From Rhodothermales bacterium (GTDB taxonomy: Bacteria > Bacteroidota > Rhodothermia > Rhodothermales > VXPQ01): 29,653 bases of DNA. Shown one piece after another: positions 1 through 7,898 of this stretch. The translations under genes and the position numbers were made by a program. The DNA lies in contig JBBDTI010000056.1 in assembly GCA_040904565.1 (NCBI GenBank), positions 1 to 29,653 of the forward strand, written 5' to 3'. Under the pieces are notes generated by a model that worked only from the letters and a program-made list of their open reading frames with translations, did not search any database and had not been told where the DNA came from. Within the stretch, counting starts at the first letter, position 1. Every line of letters starts with the position of its first letter.

Positions 1-853
1 GATCGAGCACGTGCGAGTAACGCACGCCGTCGATCTCGACGAACTGCTGCGTGTCCCCCGACGTCGAGATGGCGGCGTTGCTGAGCGTGAATGTGCGGTC
101 GGCGAGGGGGACGGTGACCGACCAGCCGGACGCCTCCGGTGGCGGATCGCCCGTTACGATGTCACCTCCAATCTCAATCAGCACGCGGGATACGCCGTGG
201 CTCCTCAGTGCATCGAGAGCCTCATCGGCGGCGAAGCCTTTTGCAATGCCCCCGAGGTCGATCTGCATCCCGTTGACACCGAGCGTCGCCGTCGATCGCT
301 GTTCGTCGAGCTGCAATAGCTGATATCCGCTGCGCCGCCGCGCCTCGCGAAGGGCATCGTCGGACGGCAGAGCGGTTCTCCGCCGGGCCTCACGCCAGAG
401 TGCCACGAGCGGCCCGACCGTGACGTCGAAAGCGCCGTCGGACTCCCGGGCGATGCGCTGCGAGACCGTCAGGACCCGGAACAGATCGTCGCTCACGGGC
501 ACGGGTTTCGTCCGGGCGCTCGCGACGAGCCGGTTCAGCTCACTATCTCGCCGGTAGTCACTCATGACGCCGTCCAGCTCACCGATACGATCGAATGCCG
601 CGCGTGCGGCACGTTCCGCTTCGGTGGTATCGCCGGCGTACAGCACCAGTCGAGCTTGTACGCCCATGTGTACCTGCGTATATTCGAACCGATGAAGTCC
701 GGCCGAAGCGGCCGGTACGTCGACCGTCGATGCACGACCCGTTTCAGCAACTAAATCCAGCCGTCCGAGGCGTGTACACGCTCCCATCGACGCAACGAGG
801 ACCGGCGCAATCAGGAAAGGAAGTATGACGACGAAGTTTGCGCGAACGCTCAT
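1..853 (-). CDS. apbE: FAD:protein FMN transferase (ApbE family), probable lipoprotein; 3' end runs off the window
   Basis: Not in the ORF track because there is no stop in the window. Manual minus-strand translation is open from 853 to 2 and shows ApbE motifs VHMG, MSDYRRDSEL, GAFDVTVGPLVALW, IDLGGIAKG, ISTSGD and RYSHVLD. ATG at 853 gives a lipoprotein-like signal MSVRANFVVILPFLIAPVLVASMGA-C. The alternative ATG at 787 gives no signal. Confidence 0.93.
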   Translation of the reverse strand, partial: MSVRANFVVILPFLIAPVLVASMGACTRLGRLDLVAETGRASTVDVPAASAGLHRFEYTQVHMGVQARLVLYAGDTTEAERAARAAFDRIGELDGVMSDYRRDSELNRLVASARTKPVPVSDDLFRVLTVSQRIARESDGAFDVTVGPLVALWREARRRTALPSDDALREARRRSGYQLLQLDEQRSTATLGVNGMQIDLGGIAKGFAADEALDALRSHGVSRVLIEIGGDIVTGDPPPEASGWSVTVPLADRTFTLSNAAISTSGDTQQFVEIDGVRYSHVLD

Positions 854-1673
854 CGCTCTGTGTGTTGGTGCCTGTATGGCGGCTCCATGGACGGCGGCCG
901 GACAGGCAGCCGGGCAAACCGTGGTGACCGTACCGGACGAGGCCGTTGACCTCGAACCGTATCAGGTCCAGGTCCACGCGTCCCTGGTCGATCTCGATAT
1001 GATTCCCATCCCGCCGGGTTCCATCCGCATGGAGGTCGACGGCGAACCGGAGCCCGTCGACGTGGGATCGTTCTGGATGAGCCGTGCGGAGGTTCCCTGG
1101 GATCTCTTCGACGTATATGCATTCGGATCGGACCAGCCGGAGGAGACGGAGGACGGCGATGCCATTCTTCAGCCCAGCCGGCCGTACGGCGCTCCCGACC
1201 GGGGATTCGGCCATCGCGGTTACGCGGCCATCAGCATGACCTTTCTCGTGGCCGAGGAGTTTACTGAATGGCTCTCGACGATAACGGGCGATACGTACCG
1301 CCTACCGACGGAGGCCGAATGGGAGTACGCCTGCCGTGCCGGGCGCGAGGCGGATCTGCCTGAAGAGGAGCTCGAGGAGGTCGCCTGGTACTGGGACAAC
1401 GCGTTCGATGAAACGCATCCCATCGGTGAACTGGCACCCAATGCGTTCGGACTGCACGACATGATCGGTAACGCAGCCGAGTGGTGCGTGGGGATGGACG
1501 GCGAGCCGCTCGCCTGCGGCGGATCGTATATGGACCGGGCCGAAGACGTCGGCTGCGGCGCGCGCAAGGCGCCGTCTCCAAAGTGGCAGGAAACCGATCC
1601 ACAAATACCGAAAAGCAGGTTCTGGCTGACCGACGGTCCATTCATGGGCTTTCGCGTCATTCGCGTACCGTAA
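825..1673 (+). CDS. FGE-sulfatase (SUMF1/formylglycine-generating enzyme fold) domain protein, exported
   Basis: Motifs YRLPTEAEWEYACRAG, PNAFGLHDMIGNAAEW, GGSY and GFRV. N-terminal signal peptide (possible lipobox VGAC). Purine-rich AGGAAAGGAAG lies just upstream of the ATG. Confidence 0.9.
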   Translation: MTTKFARTLIALCVGACMAAPWTAAGQAAGQTVVTVPDEAVDLEPYQVQVHASLVDLDMIPIPPGSIRMEVDGEPEPVDVGSFWMSRAEVPWDLFDVYAFGSDQPEETEDGDAILQPSRPYGAPDRGFGHRGYAAISMTFLVAEEFTEWLSTITGDTYRLPTEAEWEYACRAGREADLPEEELEEVAWYWDNAFDETHPIGELAPNAFGLHDMIGNAAEWCVGMDGEPLACGGSYMDRAEDVGCGARKAPSPKWQETDPQIPKSRFWLTDGPFMGFRVIRVP

Positions 1674-1703
1674 CCATCGATTCGATCAAGACGGGAGAAA
1701 CCC

Positions 1704-3032
1704 ATGATTAACCGACAAGAGGAATCCTCGCTTTCCTTATCGAGGCGTAAATTCGTCAAGAGCAGTGCCGCCGCGGCGGCCGGCCTCGCGTTCATGAAGG
1801 GCGGGCATTTCGCCCATGCAGCCGGATCCGACACCATCCGATACGGGCTGGTCGGTTGCGGCGGGCGCGGCACGGGTGCGGCCGTGAACGCTTTCAATGC
1901 GGCAGAGGGCGTCGTGCTGGTGGCCATGGGAGATCTCTTCGAGGATCACCTCGACGAATCGAAATCGAAACTCAAGGAGCAGCTCGGTGACGCGTATCAG
2001 GTCTCGGCGGATCACGAGTTTGTCGGGTGGGACGCCTACCGCCACGTGGTCGACAGTGATGTCGACGTGGTTATTTTTGCTACGCCGCCCGTCTTTCGGC
2101 CCCAGCATGTACCGTATGCTATCGAAAAGGGTCGACACGTGTTCATGGAGAAGCCCGTGGCCGTCGATCCAGTCGGTGCCCGCGTCTTTTTCGACGTGGC
2201 CGAAGAGGCCGACCGCAAAGGACTGTCCATCGTCGCCGGAACGCAGCGGCGCCACGAGCGCCAGTATTTGGAGACGATGCAGCGTATCCAGGATGGCGCG
2301 ATTGGCGACGTCGTCGCCGGTCAGGTCTACTGGAATCAAGGTGGACTCTGGAAGGTGGACCGGAAAGCCGGCTGGTCCGACGTCGAGCACCACGTGCGCA
2401 ACTGGCTCTACTATACGCATATCTCCGGCGACCACGTCGTCGAGCAGCACATCCACAACATCGACGTGGCGAACTGGGCCTGCGGCTCGCATCCGGTCAA
2501 AGCTACCGGCGTGGGAGGGCGGCAGGAACGCGTCTCTCCGGCCTACGGTTACATCTTCGACCACTTCGCCGTGGACCTCGAGTATCCCAACGGGGCCCGC
2601 ATTCTCAGCATGTGCCGACAGCAGGAGAACACGGCGCGGTACGTGGGCGAGCACATCATGGGAACGAAAGGAACGTCGAATGCGGCCTCCTGGATTCGCG
2701 GGGAGAACCCGTTCCGGTTCGATGGCGACAATCCGAACCCGTACGTGCAGGAGCACACCGACCTGATCGAAGCGATCCGGAGCGGAAACCCCATCAATGA
2801 GGCACGCCGAATGGCGGAAACGAACCTTTCGGCCATCATGGTACGTGAGGCCGCCTATACGGGTCAGGAGATTACGTGGGACGATATACTGAACTCGACC
2901 CAGAAGTTGACGCCCGATGCGTGGGAGTTCGGTGACGCTCCCATCTTTTCGGCCGCAACCCCCGGCCAGACCGAACTCAATCGCAGACCGTTCGAGTCGG
3001 CACAGATGGCCGCTTCCGACTCAGCGGGCTGA
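1704..3032 (+). CDS. Gfo/Idh/MocA family oxidoreductase, Tat-exported
   Basis: Twin-arginine SRRKFVK, Rossmann GLVGCGGRG, HVFMEKP, GTQRRH and EQHIHNID. Lies 30 bp downstream of the FGE-like gene. Confidence 0.93.
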   Translation: MINRQEESSLSLSRRKFVKSSAAAAAGLAFMKGGHFAHAAGSDTIRYGLVGCGGRGTGAAVNAFNAAEGVVLVAMGDLFEDHLDESKSKLKEQLGDAYQVSADHEFVGWDAYRHVVDSDVDVVIFATPPVFRPQHVPYAIEKGRHVFMEKPVAVDPVGARVFFDVAEEADRKGLSIVAGTQRRHERQYLETMQRIQDGAIGDVVAGQVYWNQGGLWKVDRKAGWSDVEHHVRNWLYYTHISGDHVVEQHIHNIDVANWACGSHPVKATGVGGRQERVSPAYGYIFDHFAVDLEYPNGARILSMCRQQENTARYVGEHIMGTKGTSNAASWIRGENPFRFDGDNPNPYVQEHTDLIEAIRSGNPINEARRMAETNLSAIMVREAAYTGQEITWDDILNSTQKLTPDAWEFGDAPIFSAATPGQTELNRRPFESAQMAASDSAG

Positions 3033-3034
3033 CG

Positions 3035-3073
3035 CGGTCGACCATCGCGTTCACCGGTCGAACGCGTTGACCG
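3035..3073. terminator. Hairpin between convergent genes (possible bidirectional terminator)
   Basis: CGCGTTC (3046-3052) pairs with GAACGCG (3060-3066), with outer CGGTC/GACCG. No U-tract. Confidence 0.35.
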
Positions 3074-3092
3074 AACAATGACGGTCCCGCCT

Positions 3093-4445
3093 TTACAGAA
3101 AGGACCCCACGATCAACGTGATGATAAGGCCCGTCACGCCGATGATCGTCTCCATCACCGTCCACGACTTTAGCGTTTCTTTCTCCGTCATCCCCATGAG
3201 CTCTTTGACGAGCCAGAATCCCGAGTCGTTCACGTGGGAGAGGACGGTAGCACCCGACGCTACGGCGATGGTTACGGCCCCGAGCATGGGAGCCGAGTAG
3301 GACCCCGCGGCGATGATGGGAGCGAGGAGTCCGGCCGAGGTCACCATGGCGACCGTTGCCGACCCCTGGGAGACGCGAACGACCGTGGCGACGAGAAACC
3401 CGAACAGGATGATGGGCAGGTTGGTGGCGGCCAGCATCTGGGTGAGTGCATCGCCCACTCCCGTTTCCACGAGTACGTGTCCGAATACGCCGCCGGCGCC
3501 GGTCAGGAGGATGATGATGCCGACCGGCTCCATCGATCGCGTGGCAACGTGCTGCACCTCGTCGGCCGTAAAGCCGAGTCGGATACCCAGAAAGTAAAAC
3601 GCAAGAAGGGTCGCAAGGATGAGAGCCGTGAAGGGGTGTCCGACGAACGACATCCAGGCTCGTACCACACTGCCCTCCTGCAGGAGGATTTCGCTGGCCG
3701 TATTCGCCAGAATGAGGGCGAGCGGAAGAGCAATCAATGAGACGGCCATCCCGAAGGTCGGCGTCTTCGTGTTCTCCGCATCGACGCCCTCCGGAGCGTC
3801 ATGGGACATCCCCTCCGGCACGGTAATGTGCATGCGGCCTGAAATGAACCTCCCGAAGAAGACCCCGCCGATGGCGGCAGACGGAACGCCCGCCAAAAGA
3901 CCGAAGAAGATCACCCAGCCGAGATCGGCTCCGATGAGCGATGCGACCGCCACGGGACCCGGTGTCGGAGGGATACAGGCGTGTGCGACGGCAATGCCCG
4001 CGACGAGCGGTATGCCGTAGTAGAGCAGTGATTTGCCCGAGCGCCGCGTAAGGTCGTAGACGAGAGGGATGAAGATGATCAGGGCCACTTCAAAAAAGAC
4101 GGGCGTCGCGACGATGATACCGATTAACGCCAGCGCCCACGGCGTCTTGCTTTCACCGAACGTCTTGATCAGCGTCGAGGCAATCTGCTTGGCGCCACCC
4201 GAGACCTGCACCATCTCGCCGAGCATGGTCCCGACTCCGATAACAACCGAGATGTAGCCGAGCGTGCTGCCCATGCCCTCCACCATGGCGTCCGTTACCG
4301 CCGATATGGGTACGCCCCCAAGCACGGCAGCCACCATGCTGACGGCCAGCAAGGCGATAAAGGCTTGAAGCCGAAGCCCGATGACGAGTACGAGGAGCAG
4401 CGCAATGCTGCCGACCGTGAGCAAGAGCAGAAAAGTGGTAGACAC
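3093..4445 (-). CDS. gntP: GntP family gluconate/sugar-acid:H+ symporter
   Basis: Motifs LRLQAFIALL, GMGSTLG, SGGAKQIA, HACIPPTPGP and SHVNDSGFWLV. Start re-assigned to GTG 4445 (450 aa). The track's extension to 4700 crosses the microsatellite. Confidence 0.9.
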   Translation of the reverse strand: MSTTFLLLLTVGSIALLLVLVIGLRLQAFIALLAVSMVAAVLGGVPISAVTDAMVEGMGSTLGYISVVIGVGTMLGEMVQVSGGAKQIASTLIKTFGESKTPWALALIGIIVATPVFFEVALIIFIPLVYDLTRRSGKSLLYYGIPLVAGIAVAHACIPPTPGPVAVASLIGADLGWVIFFGLLAGVPSAAIGGVFFGRFISGRMHITVPEGMSHDAPEGVDAENTKTPTFGMAVSLIALPLALILANTASEILLQEGSVVRAWMSFVGHPFTALILATLLAFYFLGIRLGFTADEVQHVATRSMEPVGIIILLTGAGGVFGHVLVETGVGDALTQMLAATNLPIILFGFLVATVVRVSQGSATVAMVTSAGLLAPIIAAGSYSAPMLGAVTIAVASGATVLSHVNDSGFWLVKELMGMTEKETLKSWTVMETIIGVTGLIITLIVGSFL

Positions 4446-4508
4446 GGTGCGGGTGAGTGATGGTGATAAGGGATGCGAAGAACGGACGCCGGCTGGTCGT
4501 CCGGCGAA

Positions 4509-4538
4509 AGTATAGGAAATTCGTCGGCGTGGACGCAA
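4509..4538 (-). promoter_or_regulatory. Candidate sigma70-type promoter for gntP
   Basis: Minus strand TTGCGT (4538-4533), 18-nt spacer, TATACT (4514-4509), about 60 nt upstream of the GTG start. Confidence 0.4.
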
Positions 4539-4611
4539 CGAATTGACGACGTCCGACGCGAAAATGGGCCGTAATCCTGCATTGCGTACCCCGAACGGAT
4601 TACATTTATTG

Positions 4612-4674
4612 ACCAGCACCAGCACCAGCACCAGCACCAGCACCAGCACCAGCACCAGCACCAGCACCAGCACC
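4612..4674. repeat. Perfect hexanucleotide microsatellite (ACCAGC)10 + ACC
   Basis: Read directly. Lies in the divergent intergenic region between gntP and the CehA/McbA-like gene. Confidence 0.98.
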
Positions 4675-4776
4675 GCGTCGCGCTGGTCGATCGGCGTCAT
4701 TTGTCGTCAAGCGTCACAACCAGCCGATGACGGACATCGGTTGCCGCAGCATGCATCGGATTCCGGTACGATAGAT

Positions 4777-6900
4777 ATGACCCGTCTCACCCCTGCCACG
4801 TACACGATATTGGGCGCTATTTTGCTCGCCGTCGTCGGCTTTTCGGATTGGATCCTGCCGTCCGGTGCATTAACCACGACGCCGACCCGGATCGTCGACG
4901 CGATGGACGAGCTGGTAATCGAGCCCGACATGCGACATCTGCGAAATGGCGATGCACCGGAGTGGACGGAGTTCGAGAGTGGCGACCCGGGCGGTCTGCT
5001 CGTGTCGACGTTTCAGGGCACGACGAATGCCTCGCCGGTTGCGCTGGAACTGACGCAGTACGACGTTCGACGTGCGTGGAGAATTCTACTCAATGGGGAA
5101 GACCTCGGAGCCCTTGAGCGCGACGAGCAGCTCATGACGATCTACCGGGCCGTGCCGGCTGGACTGATCCAGGATGGCAGCAACGAACTCGAGATTCGAC
5201 AGGATGGAGAGGAGGTCGACGACATCCGGGTCGGCCGGATCACCCTGCACGATCGCCCCGTGACTGACGTGATCGGCGAAGGAAGCGTTATGGTGCGGGT
5301 TACCGACGCGGAATCACATGCGCGCCTTCCTTCCCGGCTGACCATCGTCGACGGACACGGTGCGCTGCAAACGGTCGGGGGTCAAGCGACCGACGCATCC
5401 AACCGGCACGTAGCCGTCCGCCCCGGCAACATCTATGCGGGAATGGGTGAGGCCACCTTCGCGCTGCCGGCCGGGACGTACAGAATTTATGCGAGCAGAG
5501 GATTCGAGTACGGTGTCGATTCGGTGGACGTCCACGTGCAGCCCGGCTCCCTTATAGAGCGCGATATGGCCATCCGGCGAGAGGTGCCGACGGAGGGATG
5601 GGCGGCCATGGATACCCACGTGCACACGCTGACGCATTCGGGACACGGCGACGCGACGGAGGCAGAGCGCGTGCTAACCCTCGCGGGAGAGGGTGTGGAC
5701 CTGCCCGTGATAACGGACCACAATACGAACGTCGACCTTCGTCCGCTGGCCGTAGCGATGGGGTACGACACCTATTTTACGCCGGTAGTGGGCAATGAAT
5801 ACACGACGCCGTCCGGTCACTTCAATCTGTTTCCCGTGCCGGCCGGTGGGCCGCTGCCGGAACCGGATGTGTCGTCGTGGGACGGCGTTTCCGAGCAACT
5901 GGAGGCCGTGGGGCGACCGGACATCGTCGTGCTCAACCATGCGCGCAACACGCACGGCGGATTCCGACCGTTCGGTCCGCGGCGGTACGTCGCAGCCGCC
6001 GGGATGCCGCGAGACGGAGTACCCGTGCCGGCCAACGCCATGGAAGTTGTTAATTCGAGTGCGCAGCAGCACGACGTGCTTCGTCTCGTGAAGGACTGGC
6101 TGGGTGCGACGAACGCAGGCGCTTTCCTTGCGCCAGTGGGCTCGAGCGACTCGCACGACGTATCACGGTACCTGGTTGGGCAGGGCCGCACCTACGTGCG
6201 GATGGATGATGACGCGCCGGGCCGCCTCGACACCGAGCAAGCCGTTGCAAGCATGACGCATGGCTCCGTCGTCGCCAGTTTCGGCCTGCTGCCCATGATC
6301 GCGGTGAACGGCTCGTACGGTCCGGGAGACCTGGTGCCCGCATCCGGGGAGGTCGAGGTCGATGTGCGCGTGCTCGCTCCCCGGTGGCTCCATGCGTCCA
6401 GCGTCGCGTTGTACGTGAACGGCCTGGAGATGCGGGTGGATGAACAGCTTCGTGGAGGTCAAAGCGGGGAGAAGGGCACCGTGCGGTGGACCATCCCGCT
6501 GCCTGATCACGATGTGTTTCTGGCCGCGGTCGCCGTGGGTCCGGGCGATACGCCACCGTTCTGGCCGGTCCCCAAGCCGTACCAGCGGGAGTCCGCCGAC
6601 TGGACCCCTCACCTTATCGGCGTCACGGGCGCCGTCTGGGTCGATGTGGATAGTGACGGTCGTCCCACTCCGGCCCGCACGTATGCCGAGCGTCTCGTCG
6701 ATGCGGCAGATGGCGATCTGGAGGATCTCGCGGAGTCGCTCGCCGCATACGACGAAGCAGTTGCCGTACAGGCCGCCGCCGTGCTCTACCAACGAGGCCT
6801 GCTGACGGATGACTTCGACGTAGAGGCGGAGCTGGCAGACGCGCCGCATAGGGTGCTTCAGGGCTTTCGGACGTTCATCGACGAACTGCGTAGCCACTAG
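4777..6900 (+). CDS. CehA/McbA-like PHP-fold metallohydrolase, exported or membrane-anchored
   Basis: PHP metal motifs DTHVHT..HSGHGD, ITDHN, GNEYTT..GHFN, NHAR and GSSDSH, preceded by a beta-rich region ending in ASRGFEY. Start placed at ATG 4777 before the hydrophobic segment (707 aa). Confidence 0.82.
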   Translation: MTRLTPATYTILGAILLAVVGFSDWILPSGALTTTPTRIVDAMDELVIEPDMRHLRNGDAPEWTEFESGDPGGLLVSTFQGTTNASPVALELTQYDVRRAWRILLNGEDLGALERDEQLMTIYRAVPAGLIQDGSNELEIRQDGEEVDDIRVGRITLHDRPVTDVIGEGSVMVRVTDAESHARLPSRLTIVDGHGALQTVGGQATDASNRHVAVRPGNIYAGMGEATFALPAGTYRIYASRGFEYGVDSVDVHVQPGSLIERDMAIRREVPTEGWAAMDTHVHTLTHSGHGDATEAERVLTLAGEGVDLPVITDHNTNVDLRPLAVAMGYDTYFTPVVGNEYTTPSGHFNLFPVPAGGPLPEPDVSSWDGVSEQLEAVGRPDIVVLNHARNTHGGFRPFGPRRYVAAAGMPRDGVPVPANAMEVVNSSAQQHDVLRLVKDWLGATNAGAFLAPVGSSDSHDVSRYLVGQGRTYVRMDDDAPGRLDTEQAVASMTHGSVVASFGLLPMIAVNGSYGPGDLVPASGEVEVDVRVLAPRWLHASSVALYVNGLEMRVDEQLRGGQSGEKGTVRWTIPLPDHDVFLAAVAVGPGDTPPFWPVPKPYQRESADWTPHLIGVTGAVWVDVDSDGRPTPARTYAERLVDAADGDLEDLAESLAAYDEAVAVQAAAVLYQRGLLTDDFDVEAELADAPHRVLQGFRTFIDELRSH

Positions 6901-7001
6901 CCGAATGTCTCAGACGTGCCGCCGAGCCGGTTTCAGGCGGGGCAGGTACGTCGACACGCAGGCCCGGGCTCCGCGGGGCGTCGCTAGCGTGATGCTTCGA
7001 C

Positions 7002-7042
7002 AAAAAAAGAGCCGCCCCATCCATCATGGCGGAGCGGCTCTT
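7002..7042 (-). terminator. Rho-independent terminator for the minus-strand genes ending at 7123
   Basis: Stem AAGAGCCGC (7007-7015)/GCGGCTCTT (7034-7042). The A7 run at 7002-7008 gives a U-tract on the minus strand. Confidence 0.75.
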
Positions 7043-7122
7043 CATCGAAGATGCCAACCGATCGAAGACATCAACCTGACACCGTTCGCGGACGCGACTG
7101 ATGTCCGAATCGGATTAATCGA

Positions 7123-7848
7123 TCAGTCGAGGGGACGAATGCGCACATTCCGGAAGAACACGCCGGACTCGCCATGCTTGCCCTGAAGGCCGATCTGGCC
7201 CTCAGTCGGAAGCTCCGCAAGCGGGGTGCTCAACCATTCCGGAATTTCCGTTCCGTCCGGATTTACCTCGGCCGACGTGTACTCACTCATGTCGATTTCA
7301 CTCACGAGAGCACCGTTTACGATGGTCCATAGCGAATCGCCGTGCGCGGTGACCGTGTACCGGTTCCATTCGCCCGGCGGGTTAATGCGCTGCTCGGACG
7401 GCGCGACGTGTCCGTACATGGCTCCCGCATGGTGGATCGTCGGTGTTTCGGCCGAGTCGGGATGTGCGTAGCTGTCGCCGATCTGGATTTCGAGCGAATT
7501 CGGAATCCAGTCTTCGACGTCGCTCGTGTGTACGATGATGCCGCTGTTGGCACCCGGCTCGAACCGCACTTCCAGATCCAGGATGTAGTCGTCGTAGGAT
7601 CCCTGCGTGAAGATGGCTTCGTCTTCCGTAGCGGTAAGCACGTCGCCTTCCCAGGACCAGACGCCGGCCGCGTCAATGGCGTTGGAAAGATTGGTATCGA
7701 ATAAAGGCTGCCATTCCGGCGCCGACGTATTCGGATGAGTTAGTGCGGGAACGTCGACCGAAGCCGACATGTCGGCTTCGTCGCCCGAACCGCAGCCTGC
7801 CGCGATAAACGCCAGGACAAGAAAGATGGAAATAATGCGATGACTCAT
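7123..7848 (-). CDS. DUF1080 (3-keto-disaccharide hydrolase/lyase-like) lipoprotein
   Basis: Lipobox IAAG-C. Motifs WQPLFD, ANSGI, LEIQIGD, GAMYG, PGEWN, GQIGLQGKHG and FRNVRIR. Confidence 0.9.
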   Translation of the reverse strand: MSHRIISIFLVLAFIAAGCGSGDEADMSASVDVPALTHPNTSAPEWQPLFDTNLSNAIDAAGVWSWEGDVLTATEDEAIFTQGSYDDYILDLEVRFEPGANSGIIVHTSDVEDWIPNSLEIQIGDSYAHPDSAETPTIHHAGAMYGHVAPSEQRINPPGEWNRYTVTAHGDSLWTIVNGALVSEIDMSEYTSAEVNPDGTEIPEWLSTPLAELPTEGQIGLQGKHGESGVFFRNVRIRPLD

Positions 7849-7898
7849 GGTATGTAGTTCGTTGTTAAAGTATTGGGGGGGGTGATCAAGGGTATCGA

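Noticed and set aside
11-828. Short track ORFs at 11-319, 51-323, 205-393, 562-750 and 595-828
   Set aside because: Shadows or alternative frames of the minus-strand apbE gene.
3245-3265. SGAT in GntP as an ApbE flavinylation site
   Set aside because: It lacks the upstream Asp context and lies in a hydrophobic segment just before the conserved SHVND motif.
4446-4776. Track N-terminal extensions of GntP ((VL)n, to 4700) and the CehA-like protein ((TS)n, from 4543)
   Set aside because: They overlap each other across the microsatellite and precede the natural N-termini (GTG 4445; signal segment at ATG 4777). Treated as longest-ORF artefacts.
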